This document shows positions 1 through 7,313 of a stretch of DNA of 18,050 nucleotides, piece by piece (the first letter of the stretch is position 1; every line of letters starts with the position of its first letter). The stretch spans positions 1-18,050 of the forward strand of contig JAUXGB010000013.1 of NCBI GenBank assembly GCA_030622515.1. The letters run 5' to 3'. The notes beneath the pieces are model-generated. The model was not told the DNA's origin, ran no database searches, and was given only the letters and a program-made list of their open reading frames with translations. The translations under genes and the position numbers were made by a program. The stretch comes from Candidatus Altiarchaeota archaeon. Its GTDB lineage: Archaea; SpSt-1190; DYHY01.

Positions 1-1203
1 GCCAGCGATGTCCCTGCCTTCCTTGAGCACACAAGAAATGTCATTTTCCTTGAGGACGACGAACTTGCAGTTGTGAATTCCAGCCTGAAAATATTCGACA
101 CCCTCACCATGAAAGAGCTTGAGAAAAAGCCGGAAAAAATAGAGTGGGAAATCGGGCAGGCCCAAAAAGGAGACTTCGAACACTACATGATGAAGGAAAT
201 CTCCGAGCAGACCGACACCCTTAAGCGGGCAATCAGCCAGCCGGACAAGGTGATTATGGACGTCGCCAAAAAAATCAACGACGCCTACGGTGTATTCTTT
301 GTTGCCTGCGGCTCCTCCTACCACGCCGCCCTGACAGCATCCTACCTCTTCTCGAAGATAACAAAGAAGCACATAAATGTTGTCGTCGGCAGCGAGTTCC
401 CCAATTACGAGCACTTCCTCACTGACAAGACCCTTATGGTAACAATCTCCCAGTCAGGCGAAACAGCCGACGTGCTGGCTGCGGTCAAGGCCGCGAAGAA
501 GAAAGGGGCGGAGGTCCTCTCCATCGTCAACGTCGTCGGCTCCTCTCTCATGCGCTACTCCGACTACACCCTCCCTATGAACGCGGGCCCGGAGATTTGC
601 GTCCTCTCAACAAAGTCCTACACCTCCCAGCTCGCCATCCTCACCCTTCTCGCCTACGCCTGCATTGGAAAGCTGAAAGAAGGAAAAGAAATGCTGCGAA
701 ACCTTACGGAGGATGTTGAAAAGCTAACATCGCCAAAAACCCAGGTGAAGATAGTCAAGCTGGCCTCAAAGCTTCACGAGACAAACGACATATTCACAAT
801 CGGCAGGGGCCTAAACTACGGAACAGCCCTTGAGGCCGCATTGAAAATCAAGGAGGTGTCCTACATCCACGCGGAAGGCTTTCCCGGTGGCGAACTCAAG
901 CACGGCACAATCGCCCTGATTGAGGAAGGCACCCCCGCAATTGTCTTCGTTTCAGATGATGATACAAAAAAAGAAATCCTCTCAAATGCGATGGAAATCA
1001 AGTCCCGTGGCGGATACATTGTTGGCGTCTCCCCCGAGCCGAACGAAATCTTCGACTTCCACATAAAGGTTCCAAACGCAGGCGACGCATCCCCGATAAT
1101 TAACATCATCCCGATTCAGGTCCTAGCCTACTACCTTGCCGTCTTCCGCGACTGCGACCCTGACAAGCCGCGCAATCTGGCAAAGTCGGTGACTGTCAAA
1201 TAG
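1..1203 (+). CDS. glmS: Glutamine--fructose-6-phosphate aminotransferase (isomerising), 5'-truncated at window edge
   Basis: Frame 1 is open from nt 1 to the TAG at 1201-1203. The first residues, ASDVPAFLEHTRNVIFLEDDELAVV, match the end of the glutaminase domain. They are followed by the isomerase-domain start KGDFEHYMMKEISEQ. SIS motifs VACGSSYHA and ISQSGETADVLAA are present, and the C-terminus is the canonical RNLAKSVTVK. Confidence 0.9.
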   Translation, partial: ASDVPAFLEHTRNVIFLEDDELAVVNSSLKIFDTLTMKELEKKPEKIEWEIGQAQKGDFEHYMMKEISEQTDTLKRAISQPDKVIMDVAKKINDAYGVFFVACGSSYHAALTASYLFSKITKKHINVVVGSEFPNYEHFLTDKTLMVTISQSGETADVLAAVKAAKKKGAEVLSIVNVVGSSLMRYSDYTLPMNAGPEICVLSTKSYTSQLAILTLLAYACIGKLKEGKEMLRNLTEDVEKLTSPKTQVKIVKLASKLHETNDIFTIGRGLNYGTALEAALKIKEVSYIHAEGFPGGELKHGTIALIEEGTPAIVFVSDDDTKKEILSNAMEIKSRGGYIVGVSPEPNEIFDFHIKVPNAGDASPIINIIPIQVLAYYLAVFRDCDPDKPRNLAKSVTVK

Positions 1204-1618
1204 GTTCCAATTCAATCAAAGTCTCGTCAGCCGTCGGATAAATCTTTTCAATCCAGCACCGGTAGCCTTTCTTCGACAGCCTCTCGGCAACCGCGACCGA
1301 GGTGTAAAGCTTGCCTCTTGCAACAGCCTCAATCAGCCTCGGCTTAAGCCTAAGCTTCCTGACAATTTCCTTCCTGTCGCCTGCCGACCCTGCCACCACG
1401 CCAAACACAAGCAGGCCATCGACGTCGACAACTTGGTAAGGCTTCCTAATGTTCTTCGCCGTCCTAAGGAACCGCTTCCTCAGCTGGACCGCATCCTTGA
1501 TGTAGGAAGGGCAGTAGTGCAGGCTCATCCCGAGATGCTTCTCCCCCCAGACCAGCAGCTTCAGCGCAACATCCTCGCTCCCCCTGACTGCAGGGGAAAA
1601 CCTGTGCTTTGTTTTCAT
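1196..1618 (-). CDS. Probable C-terminal continuation of the same radical SAM gene (140 aa), in the same frame 1 codon after the TGA
   Basis: The ORF is in phase with 1622..2257: the minus-strand codons read K-TGA-K-ATG. The combined length of about 353 aa fits the COG2108 family. Its stop at 1196-1198 overlaps the glmS stop region. Confidence 0.5.
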   Translation of the reverse strand: MKTKHRFSPAVRGSEDVALKLLVWGEKHLGMSLHYCPSYIKDAVQLRKRFLRTAKNIRKPYQVVDVDGLLVFGVVAGSAGDRKEIVRKLRLKPRLIEAVARGKLYTSVAVAERLSKKGYRCWIEKIYPTADETLIELEPI

Positions 1619-1621
1619 TTT

Positions 1622-2257
1622 TCACTTGAGAAAAGCAGTCATATTCCCTTCAGAAAACTCAAGCTCATTTATGTTGCAAAAGGTTGCGCCGGCCGCTTCA
1701 AGCCCCTTGAGGAACTTCTTGATAGTGTTCAGCTTCCCCGGCATGGCTGGTATCTCCCCGCCAACCTCCCACCTAAATTTGGTTGCCATCTTGACAGCCT
1801 TGAGGTTCCGGTGGAACCGGATTTCATCCACGCCAGCTTCGTAAAGCCTCTTCAGCTTGCCTCTGGTGGCAGCCGTCCCGGAGGTGTAAAGATGAATGTG
1901 GAACTTTTTCCCAAATTTCCTCTTCAGCGCCCTGACAAACCTGACCGTCCTCCCGACCTTAAGCAGGGGGTCGCCCCCAGTTATCCCCGCCCCTGTCGCC
2001 TTCATCCGCTTCGCTTCCAGCATCAGGTCGTCAACGTGAACAACCCTCCTCTCATTCGCAAAAGCCCTGTCCTTCCCCCTTCGGGAAAATCCAACAGGAC
2101 AATAGTAGCAGTTATCCTTGCAGACGCCAGTGACAAAAAGCACCAGCTTCTCCCCTCTGAGGCACTTCCTGCACCCCTCAGGCAGCCGGCCTGTGAAAAC
2201 CGAACCGCCAGTTGTCCTCTTTATCTTGCCCATAACAAAAAATGGAGGCGGAGACAT
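1622..2257 (-). CDS. Radical SAM domain protein (COG2108-like, PFL-activase related), N-terminal 211 aa ending at an in-frame TGA
   Basis: It carries a CxxxCxxC cluster (GVCKDNCYYCPVG) after a PEGCRKC motif. GITGGDPLL and HIHLYTSG are typical of radical SAM cores. The ATG at 2257 is preceded by GGTGGAGG. The frame ends at the TGA at 1622-1624. Confidence 0.8.
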   Translation of the reverse strand: MSPPPFFVMGKIKRTTGGSVFTGRLPEGCRKCLRGEKLVLFVTGVCKDNCYYCPVGFSRRGKDRAFANERRVVHVDDLMLEAKRMKATGAGITGGDPLLKVGRTVRFVRALKRKFGKKFHIHLYTSGTAATRGKLKRLYEAGVDEIRFHRNLKAVKMATKFRWEVGGEIPAMPGKLNTIKKFLKGLEAAGATFCNINELEFSEGNMTAFLK

Positions 2258-2284
2258 TTTAGCCTTTTGCCTCCACCCTCAATT

Positions 2285-2602
2285 CTACCTTTTCAGCTGT
2301 ATATCTATTGAAGATATGTTCAGCTTGTCGCCAGACTCGCTCTGCATGTGTTCTGTCCCTATGGATATATTGTCCACTTTCAGCTCGCTCATAAACCTGT
2401 GACGCACTATCTCAGCGACGTCAACAGCCCTCGAAATTGCGCGTCCCCTAGCCTTTATGTGTACCTCATTAGCCCCGTTGTGGAACTGTGTGACAACTGC
2501 CAATACGTAGTTCATCGGAGGCTTACCCCCCACAAACACCACGTTGTCCGCTGCTTTCTTGTGCTCTGTTCTTTTGTGCTCTGTTCTCTTGTTTTCTGTC
2601 AT
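2285..2602 (-). CDS. albA: Alba DNA/RNA-binding chromatin protein (105 aa; an alternative upstream start at 2668 gives 127 aa)
   Basis: [50 protein letters not shown] is the Alba/Sso10b signature. The ATG at 2600-2602 is preceded by AAGGTGA 6 nt upstream. The extra 22 codons upstream ([22 protein letters not shown]) have no Alba counterpart. Confidence 0.85.
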   Translation of the reverse strand: MTENKRTEHKRTEHKKAADNVVFVGGKPPMNYVLAVVTQFHNGANEVHIKARGRAISRAVDVAEIVRHRFMSELKVDNISIGTEHMQSESGDKLNISSIDIQLKR

Positions 2603-2702
2603 TTTGTTCACCTTGTATCTCCTTGTCCAAAACCGCCCTGCTGATTCTTTAAGCTTTTCCCCCTCCAAAAGCTAAATAAGCCGGCTCCACCTATATCTCC
2701 CG

Positions 2703-3299
2703 ATGGGCTTTTCCTTTCAAAAAATGACGCTTGGCACAGGCCTGACAGGCAGGGAGGCCAAGCGACGCCTCATAATGGCGATGAACCACGCACTCAACAT
2801 ACTCTACGGCCCGTCAGACAAGACAATCAACATGTATGCAAAAGACCCTATGCAGGTAACATACCGCCTTTCCCACGGGACGCCGGTTGAGCTTGAGACG
2901 ATGAGGCTTGACGAAAAGATGCTGAAGAAGTTAGTCGAGTCGAAGTATTTCGAAATCCACTTCAACGTCTACACCTTCCAGATAGCTTTCAAGTATGACA
3001 GAAGAATTCACATGGACAACGCGCTTGAGTGCAATGTCAAGGGACACTTCAAGGAAAACATGCACAAGCACTTTCTTGGCTTTATCCTTGAGAAGAACGT
3101 TATCGGCAGCGAGGTATTCTACCAGCAGTTCAAGGACAGGTTTGACCGCGTCCACAAACTAATCTTCGGCATCTTCAAGAAGCACCTTGGCGACACATTC
3201 TACCACCAACTTTCAAGGGGAACAGCCCACAACTATGTGCCGGACGCCATCTATATCAGCATATTCGGCTTCCAGTTCACCATAAGAAGGAAGATTTAG
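2703..3299 (+). CDS. Hypothetical protein, 198 aa, no recognisable domain
   Basis: It is a long ORF divergent from albA and rich in F/H/K/Y. Alternative internal starts exist at 2724 and 2775. A TATA-like CTAAATAAG lies at 2670-2678. Confidence 0.5.
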   Translation: MGFSFQKMTLGTGLTGREAKRRLIMAMNHALNILYGPSDKTINMYAKDPMQVTYRLSHGTPVELETMRLDEKMLKKLVESKYFEIHFNVYTFQIAFKYDRRIHMDNALECNVKGHFKENMHKHFLGFILEKNVIGSEVFYQQFKDRFDRVHKLIFGIFKKHLGDTFYHQLSRGTAHNYVPDAIYISIFGFQFTIRRKI

Positions 3300-3303
3300 T
3301 CCG

Positions 3304-3322
3304 TTAACTATCTTCTAGTTAA
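3304..3322. promoter_or_regulatory. Perfect 7-5-7 inverted repeat TTAACTA-tcttc-TAGTTAA, adjacent to the promoter of the stomatin-like gene
   Basis: Read directly from the sequence. It lies 5 nt after the upstream gene's stop and 8 nt before the TATA-like box. Confidence 0.5.
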
Positions 3323-3338
3323 GAAAAGTCTAAATAGG
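3323..3338 (+). promoter_or_regulatory. Putative archaeal BRE/TATA (gaaaagTCTAAATAGG) positioned for a leaderless transcript starting at the ATG at 3358
   Basis: The A-rich BRE-like stretch is followed by CTAAATAG centred about 25 nt upstream of the ATG. No SD-like sequence is present. Confidence 0.45.
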
Positions 3339-3357
3339 TGTAATACGTCTGTTTTGT

Positions 3358-4341
3358 ATGGCAAATTCCACTTATAAAACTGTAAAATCCTATTCCACGG
3401 AAAAAATCGAAATAGTTGTCATGCTCCTCGTCCTCTTTGTCATCGCAAGCGCATTTTACCCGGAACTCAGGAATCTTGCCTATATCGCCCTTGCCGGTCT
3501 CCTCGGCTACTTCCTCCTCCAGATGCTTCTCCAGTCCGGCATAATTCTCGAAATCCCGGAATACAAGAGATGCGTCGTCCTGAGGATGGGTCATTACCAC
3601 CGTGTTGCAGGGCCCGGCTGGGTCTTCGTTGTCCCAATCCTTGAGAAGGTCCAAGTCGTCGATTTGCGAGTGCAAACAATGGACCTCCAGCCGCAGGAGG
3701 TAATAACAACCGACCAGATTCGTGCGACAATCGACGCAGTAGTCTATTATCAGGTTGTCAACCCAAAGCTCGCCATCCTGAAGGTCAAGGAGTTTGAAAA
3801 GACAATCACAGGCTACGTCTTTGCAGCCATGCGAGACATCGCATCCAACCTCACCCTAAATGAGCTCTACGGAGAGCTTGAAAAAGTCAATGACATTATC
3901 AAGGTAAAGGTCGAGCCCATGGCAGAGGACTGGGGAATAACACTGCGTGACGTCCAAATCGTCAATGTAACCATTCCGGAGCACATTCAGGAAGCCATGC
4001 ACGCGCGAAGAAAGGCACGCGAGGAATTTGCAGCAGCCCAGTTCGAAGCCCGGGCCCAGAAGACAGTCATCGAAGCCCTTGGCGACGCATCAAAGAAACT
4101 CGACGACAGGGCACTGACCTACCTCTACATCAGGGAAGCCCTTCCGAAAATAGCCGAAGGAAAGAGCACAAAAGTATTCTTCCCGGTTGAGTTTGCCAAG
4201 CTGGCAGAAAACCTTGGCTCCGCCGGCATCTCCCACAAAGAGGTATCCTCGGCAGCCGCAGGCCTCTACCCCCTCGCACTGAAAAAAGCAAAAGACATGA
4301 TGGACGAGGAAAGCAAAAAGAAGGAAAGCGAAGAAGAGTAA
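3358..4341 (+). CDS. SPFH / band-7 (stomatin/prohibitin-like) membrane protein with a charged C-terminal tail
   Basis: An N-terminal TM helix is followed by the stomatin signature RCVVLRMGHYHRVAGPGWVFVVPILEKVQVVDLRVQTMDLQPQEVITTDQIRATIDAVVYYQVVNP. The C-terminus is coiled-coil, Ala/Glu-rich and then KKKESEEE. Confidence 0.85.
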   Translation: MANSTYKTVKSYSTEKIEIVVMLLVLFVIASAFYPELRNLAYIALAGLLGYFLLQMLLQSGIILEIPEYKRCVVLRMGHYHRVAGPGWVFVVPILEKVQVVDLRVQTMDLQPQEVITTDQIRATIDAVVYYQVVNPKLAILKVKEFEKTITGYVFAAMRDIASNLTLNELYGELEKVNDIIKVKVEPMAEDWGITLRDVQIVNVTIPEHIQEAMHARRKAREEFAAAQFEARAQKTVIEALGDASKKLDDRALTYLYIREALPKIAEGKSTKVFFPVEFAKLAENLGSAGISHKEVSSAAAGLYPLALKKAKDMMDEESKKKESEEE

Positions 4342-4383
4342 GGCAACCCCGACTTGAACCCTACCTCCCTAATCTGTGCCATC

Positions 4384-4442
4384 TTCACTTAACCTATAAT
4401 CGATTCTACGTTAATCCCACTTAACCTAGAATATTCAAGCAT
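4384..4442. repeat. Two copies of the 15-nt direct repeat CACTTAACCTA[T/G]AAT spaced 42 nt apart in a convergent intergenic region
   Basis: 4386-4400 and 4428-4442 are identical at 14 of 15 positions. They lie in a 163-nt non-coding gap. Confidence 0.4.
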
Positions 4443-4504
4443 TTCGGCCGGAAATTAACGAAAGCAGGGAGTAATCTGTCTATATTACAAGCACATTACA
4501 GGAG

Positions 4505-4711
4505 TTAGCTCTGCTCTTCTTTATCGTCATCAATAACTTCAATTGCCTTTTCCGGGCAGCCGTTCTCGCACGCCTTGCACCCAATGCAGTCATCCGGCCT
4601 TGCGACAATGGGACCCTTCTCATCGTCCCAGTCAAAAACATTCATCGGGCATACTGCAACGCAGTTTTTCGCTTTCTTGCACCTGTCAAAGTTAACTACT
4701 GGCTTTGGCAT
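4505..4711 (-). CDS. 2x[4Fe-4S] ferredoxin (68 aa)
   Basis: It has two CxxCxxCxxxCP motifs (CKKAKNCVAVCP and CIGCKACENGCP) and an acidic C-terminus. Confidence 0.85.
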   Translation of the reverse strand: MPKPVVNFDRCKKAKNCVAVCPMNVFDWDDEKGPIVARPDDCIGCKACENGCPEKAIEVIDDDKEEQS

Positions 4712-4716
4712 GGGAT

Positions 4717-4745
4717 TAGGCCACCGTCTGGCCTATAAATAATTT
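4717..4745 (-). promoter_or_regulatory. Putative ferredoxin promoter with an overlapping hairpin. Minus-strand TTATTTATAG (4733-4742) is followed by the inverted repeat AGGCCA-ccgtc-TGGCCT (4718-4734).
   Basis: The TATA-like box lies about 27 nt upstream of the ferredoxin ATG, consistent with a leaderless transcript. The 6-bp-stem inverted repeat sits between the TATA and the start. It also lies just 3' of the 668-aa gene's stop, in a T-rich context. Confidence 0.4.
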
Positions 4746-4747
4746 TC

Positions 4748-6754
4748 TCAACCCTCATTCGGAAAGTCGCTGCACTCTATCGTGCTGGCGTCATCAATCT
4801 CTTCCCGATACTGGAAGGCAAAAGTCATGGTGTAAAGGGTTTCGTCCAGCCCCTCGTCAGTAATAATCTCCCTAAGGCAGAACAGGTCTGTGACGTCAAC
4901 AGTCACATTGTAGTCAATTGAGCCTGTGTAAAGCTGGCCGTCAACCTCGTGCTTGCAGCACTCGCCCTTCCAAGGACTCCGCTCACAATCCACCTTAAAT
5001 AGCTCTATTGGGATGAGGGCATCCGGGTCCTCCACAACCGTCCCAGAGGGATAGGTTGTCGCAGTGTCTCTTGAGACATCCTCAGTTTCCTTGCAGATGT
5101 CGACTATATCATCAAAGTTGCTCCACAGCTTTTCAATATCAGCACAGTCATCCGCCTTCCAGTTCGAAGACGAGGTGTTGACCGTGCCAAACGTCGGCTG
5201 GTTAGTTTTCAAGGCAAGCGACAGGGGTGATGTCCATGTAGCTATGCTGCCGTTGGCCTCAGCGTTTATGCCAGCGTCGATATCAATGCCAATGTTTTTC
5301 ACCCTGACAACTGTCGGGTGCTCCAGCTCGTTCTTGTTGAAAAGGTCAGCATAAGCCTCAGTCTTGTTCCCGAAGTTCTGGACCAGCCCCTCTTGGAAGA
5401 TAGTTTCTATCGAGCTTACCTGCTGCACATCGCATGTTGTGCACTTGCCCTCTTCCGGCTCCTTGCACTCTGGGGGATAGTAGGCAGGGTCGCCAATCCT
5501 CTCGCAGATTCCGTTTCCGCATGTAAAGCAGTCGCGTGAGCATGTTCTTGTGTTCTCCCCCTTATCTGCCTCGCAGTAAAGGTTTCCGCAGTGGTCGCCA
5601 CAGTCCTGGCTGTTTCCGCAGGTCTCGATAGCAGTGCACTGCACTACATGGTCGCTGTCGCCTTCCCTGCACCAGAACTCGATTGAGCAGACCCCGTCCT
5701 CTGTCCTAGACGGAAGGCCCGGTGTTGACGAACCACCCTCGCAGGCAGAGTTGCTCCACTGGTCAGTTATCCCACAGTCTTCCGGGGCAACATCCGAATA
5801 GCAGGTTTCCCCGCTCTCGCAGTCCTGAAGGCTGTAGCCTGCCCTCACGGCGGCCAGCTGGTTGCTCTCAAGTCCCAAGCTGCTCAGGTCTTTGTAGCTT
5901 TTCCTAACGGCGCAGTCCCTTGGGCACCTGTTTATGTAGTTCCTGACCGTGAACATTAGCACCTCATGCTGCTGGCAAATCCCATCTCCACAGGTGGCGC
6001 CTGCATCTTCAGAATTGAGCTGGGTGCAGTCATTGCCAACCTCAAAGACATTGCAAACCCCGTCGTTTGTGTAGAAACAGTCGCCAACAGCATAGCCTCC
6101 ATAGCCGGGCCCCATGCTTGTTGGCTTTCCATGATAAGCATTTGAGTAAGCCTCGCTTTCTCCAGCCTTCCAGTTGCAGGTCCCGTCACCGACCCATCCG
6201 CAGTCTTCAGGACAGTTCCATATTGTTTCCTTTCCCTTCCGTGGGGTCCCCTTGATATCACCCTCCCTGTCCTTGTCGTAAAGGTTGTCGCATGTCCCGT
6301 CACCGCAGCAGCCATACTGGCTTGGGTCTGTGCACTTTGCGACAGGCTCCCCACAGTCGATTGGGCAGTTCTCAACTGTCTCGTTAACAGTCGGGGGATA
6401 AAGCTGGCCGCCAGACATCCCTTCCTCGCACCATTGCCACATAAGGATTTCGTTCAGGATAGGAACCCCTCCATAATCAGTTTGCAACGAAGCATTTACC
6501 GAAGGTATCCCACCGTGCGCTGAAGAATCATCAACAGCAAACGTGAGTATAAAGTCAACAGCAGTCTCCATAAAGAGTCGGGCCTGCTCATTAGCATGAA
6601 CTGCCTCGATGTAAAGTGTCTCGGCAGCCTGTAAATCCATATACCTGTCTATCTGGGAAAGGTAGCCGGCAGCTATCGTAAGCCCCACGCCCATGGCAAG
6701 GCCGCCAAGCATGCAGAGCAGGTCGGTAGCAAAAGCTTTCCGTCCTTTACTCAC
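4748..6754 (-). CDS. Large cysteine-repeat extracellular protein (668 aa) with an N-terminal class III signal-like anchor. It is the last gene of the array.
   Basis: A GTG start at 6752-6754 is preceded by GGAGGTGA. The N-terminus reads MSKG|RKAFATDLLCMLGGLAMGVGLTIAAG. There are about 43 Cys, in repeated NCPxDCG (x3) and CG[DN]GxC (x4) motifs. Confidence 0.8.
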   Translation of the reverse strand: MSKGRKAFATDLLCMLGGLAMGVGLTIAAGYLSQIDRYMDLQAAETLYIEAVHANEQARLFMETAVDFILTFAVDDSSAHGGIPSVNASLQTDYGGVPILNEILMWQWCEEGMSGGQLYPPTVNETVENCPIDCGEPVAKCTDPSQYGCCGDGTCDNLYDKDREGDIKGTPRKGKETIWNCPEDCGWVGDGTCNWKAGESEAYSNAYHGKPTSMGPGYGGYAVGDCFYTNDGVCNVFEVGNDCTQLNSEDAGATCGDGICQQHEVLMFTVRNYINRCPRDCAVRKSYKDLSSLGLESNQLAAVRAGYSLQDCESGETCYSDVAPEDCGITDQWSNSACEGGSSTPGLPSRTEDGVCSIEFWCREGDSDHVVQCTAIETCGNSQDCGDHCGNLYCEADKGENTRTCSRDCFTCGNGICERIGDPAYYPPECKEPEEGKCTTCDVQQVSSIETIFQEGLVQNFGNKTEAYADLFNKNELEHPTVVRVKNIGIDIDAGINAEANGSIATWTSPLSLALKTNQPTFGTVNTSSSNWKADDCADIEKLWSNFDDIVDICKETEDVSRDTATTYPSGTVVEDPDALIPIELFKVDCERSPWKGECCKHEVDGQLYTGSIDYNVTVDVTDLFCLREIITDEGLDETLYTMTFAFQYREEIDDASTIECSDFPNEG

Positions 6755-7313
6755 TCCTCGTCACCTCCGTTGCCTCTTCGATTCTCTTCCGCAGCTTCCA
6801 GTCAGTGTCTACCTTGGTTATCTTCTCCCTCGTGAGTCTGGGGTTTCCCTCTTCATCAAGCGGAAGCGGGATTAGGTAGTGCCTTGACAAGGCCTCTGTC
6901 TTAGTCTTATCAAAGCCTGCGCAGTCGCCTGCAGTGAAAAGGGCTTCCCCGCTGTTATGTTTCATCAGGCTGAAGTAGTAACAGCCCCTTAAATAGTCTA
7001 GAGTAAACCGCGACCACTTCCCTTCCACAAGCCCCTCGACACTATAGTCCTCACCACAAACCTTTGGTGTGGTAGTGTCAGCTATTATGGCGCTAATCAT
7101 CAGGTTGTAAAGCCGCGGGTTTCCCTCGCATGCCGTGTCATGTGCGGTTGAGTAGGAAAGCGACTGCATGTAAGGCAGTCTTACATCGGCAAGCATCTTC
7201 TCAGTCATATGGAAGGTTGTTGTCATGTCGAAAAGCAGGGCAAAGTAGGCAATAGTTACAAGTGAGAACATAAGTGTTGCTTCCATCAGGCAGTGGGTTA
7301 GTGCTCCTCTCAT
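6747..7313 (-). CDS. Pilin-like hypothetical protein (188 aa)
   Basis: The N-terminus is MRG|ALTHCLMEATLMFSLVTIAYFALLF. The ATG overlaps the upstream stop (ATGA), and the 3' end overlaps the next gene by 8 nt. Confidence 0.7.
   Translation of the reverse strand: MRGALTHCLMEATLMFSLVTIAYFALLFDMTTTFHMTEKMLADVRLPYMQSLSYSTAHDTACEGNPRLYNLMISAIIADTTTPKVCGEDYSVEGLVEGKWSRFTLDYLRGCYYFSLMKHNSGEALFTAGDCAGFDKTKTEALSRHYLIPLPLDEEGNPRLTREKITKVDTDWKLRKRIEEATEVTRSE

Noticed and set aside
1622-1624. TGA as a reassigned sense codon or selenocysteine
   Set aside because: It is a single occurrence. No other long ORF in the window contains an in-frame TGA, and TGA terminates many genes here. There is also no room for a 3'UTR SECIS. 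It is kept only as a pseudogene or read-through finding.
1433-2311. 292-aa plus-strand ORF
   Set aside because: It is entirely antisense to the radical SAM gene. It is Pro/Leu/Arg-rich with no motif and is a shadow ORF.
4342-4365. A tRNA-like T-loop (minus strand GGGTTCAAGTCGGGG)
   Set aside because: The flanking bases cannot form a T-stem, and no acceptor or anticodon arms can be built. I do not think it is a tRNA.
5956-6375. 139-aa ORF and several 60-96-aa ORFs on either strand within 5064..6255
   Set aside because: All lie inside the 668-aa Cys-repeat gene. They are Ser/Thr/Ala/Arg-rich out-of-frame translations of GC-rich coding DNA.
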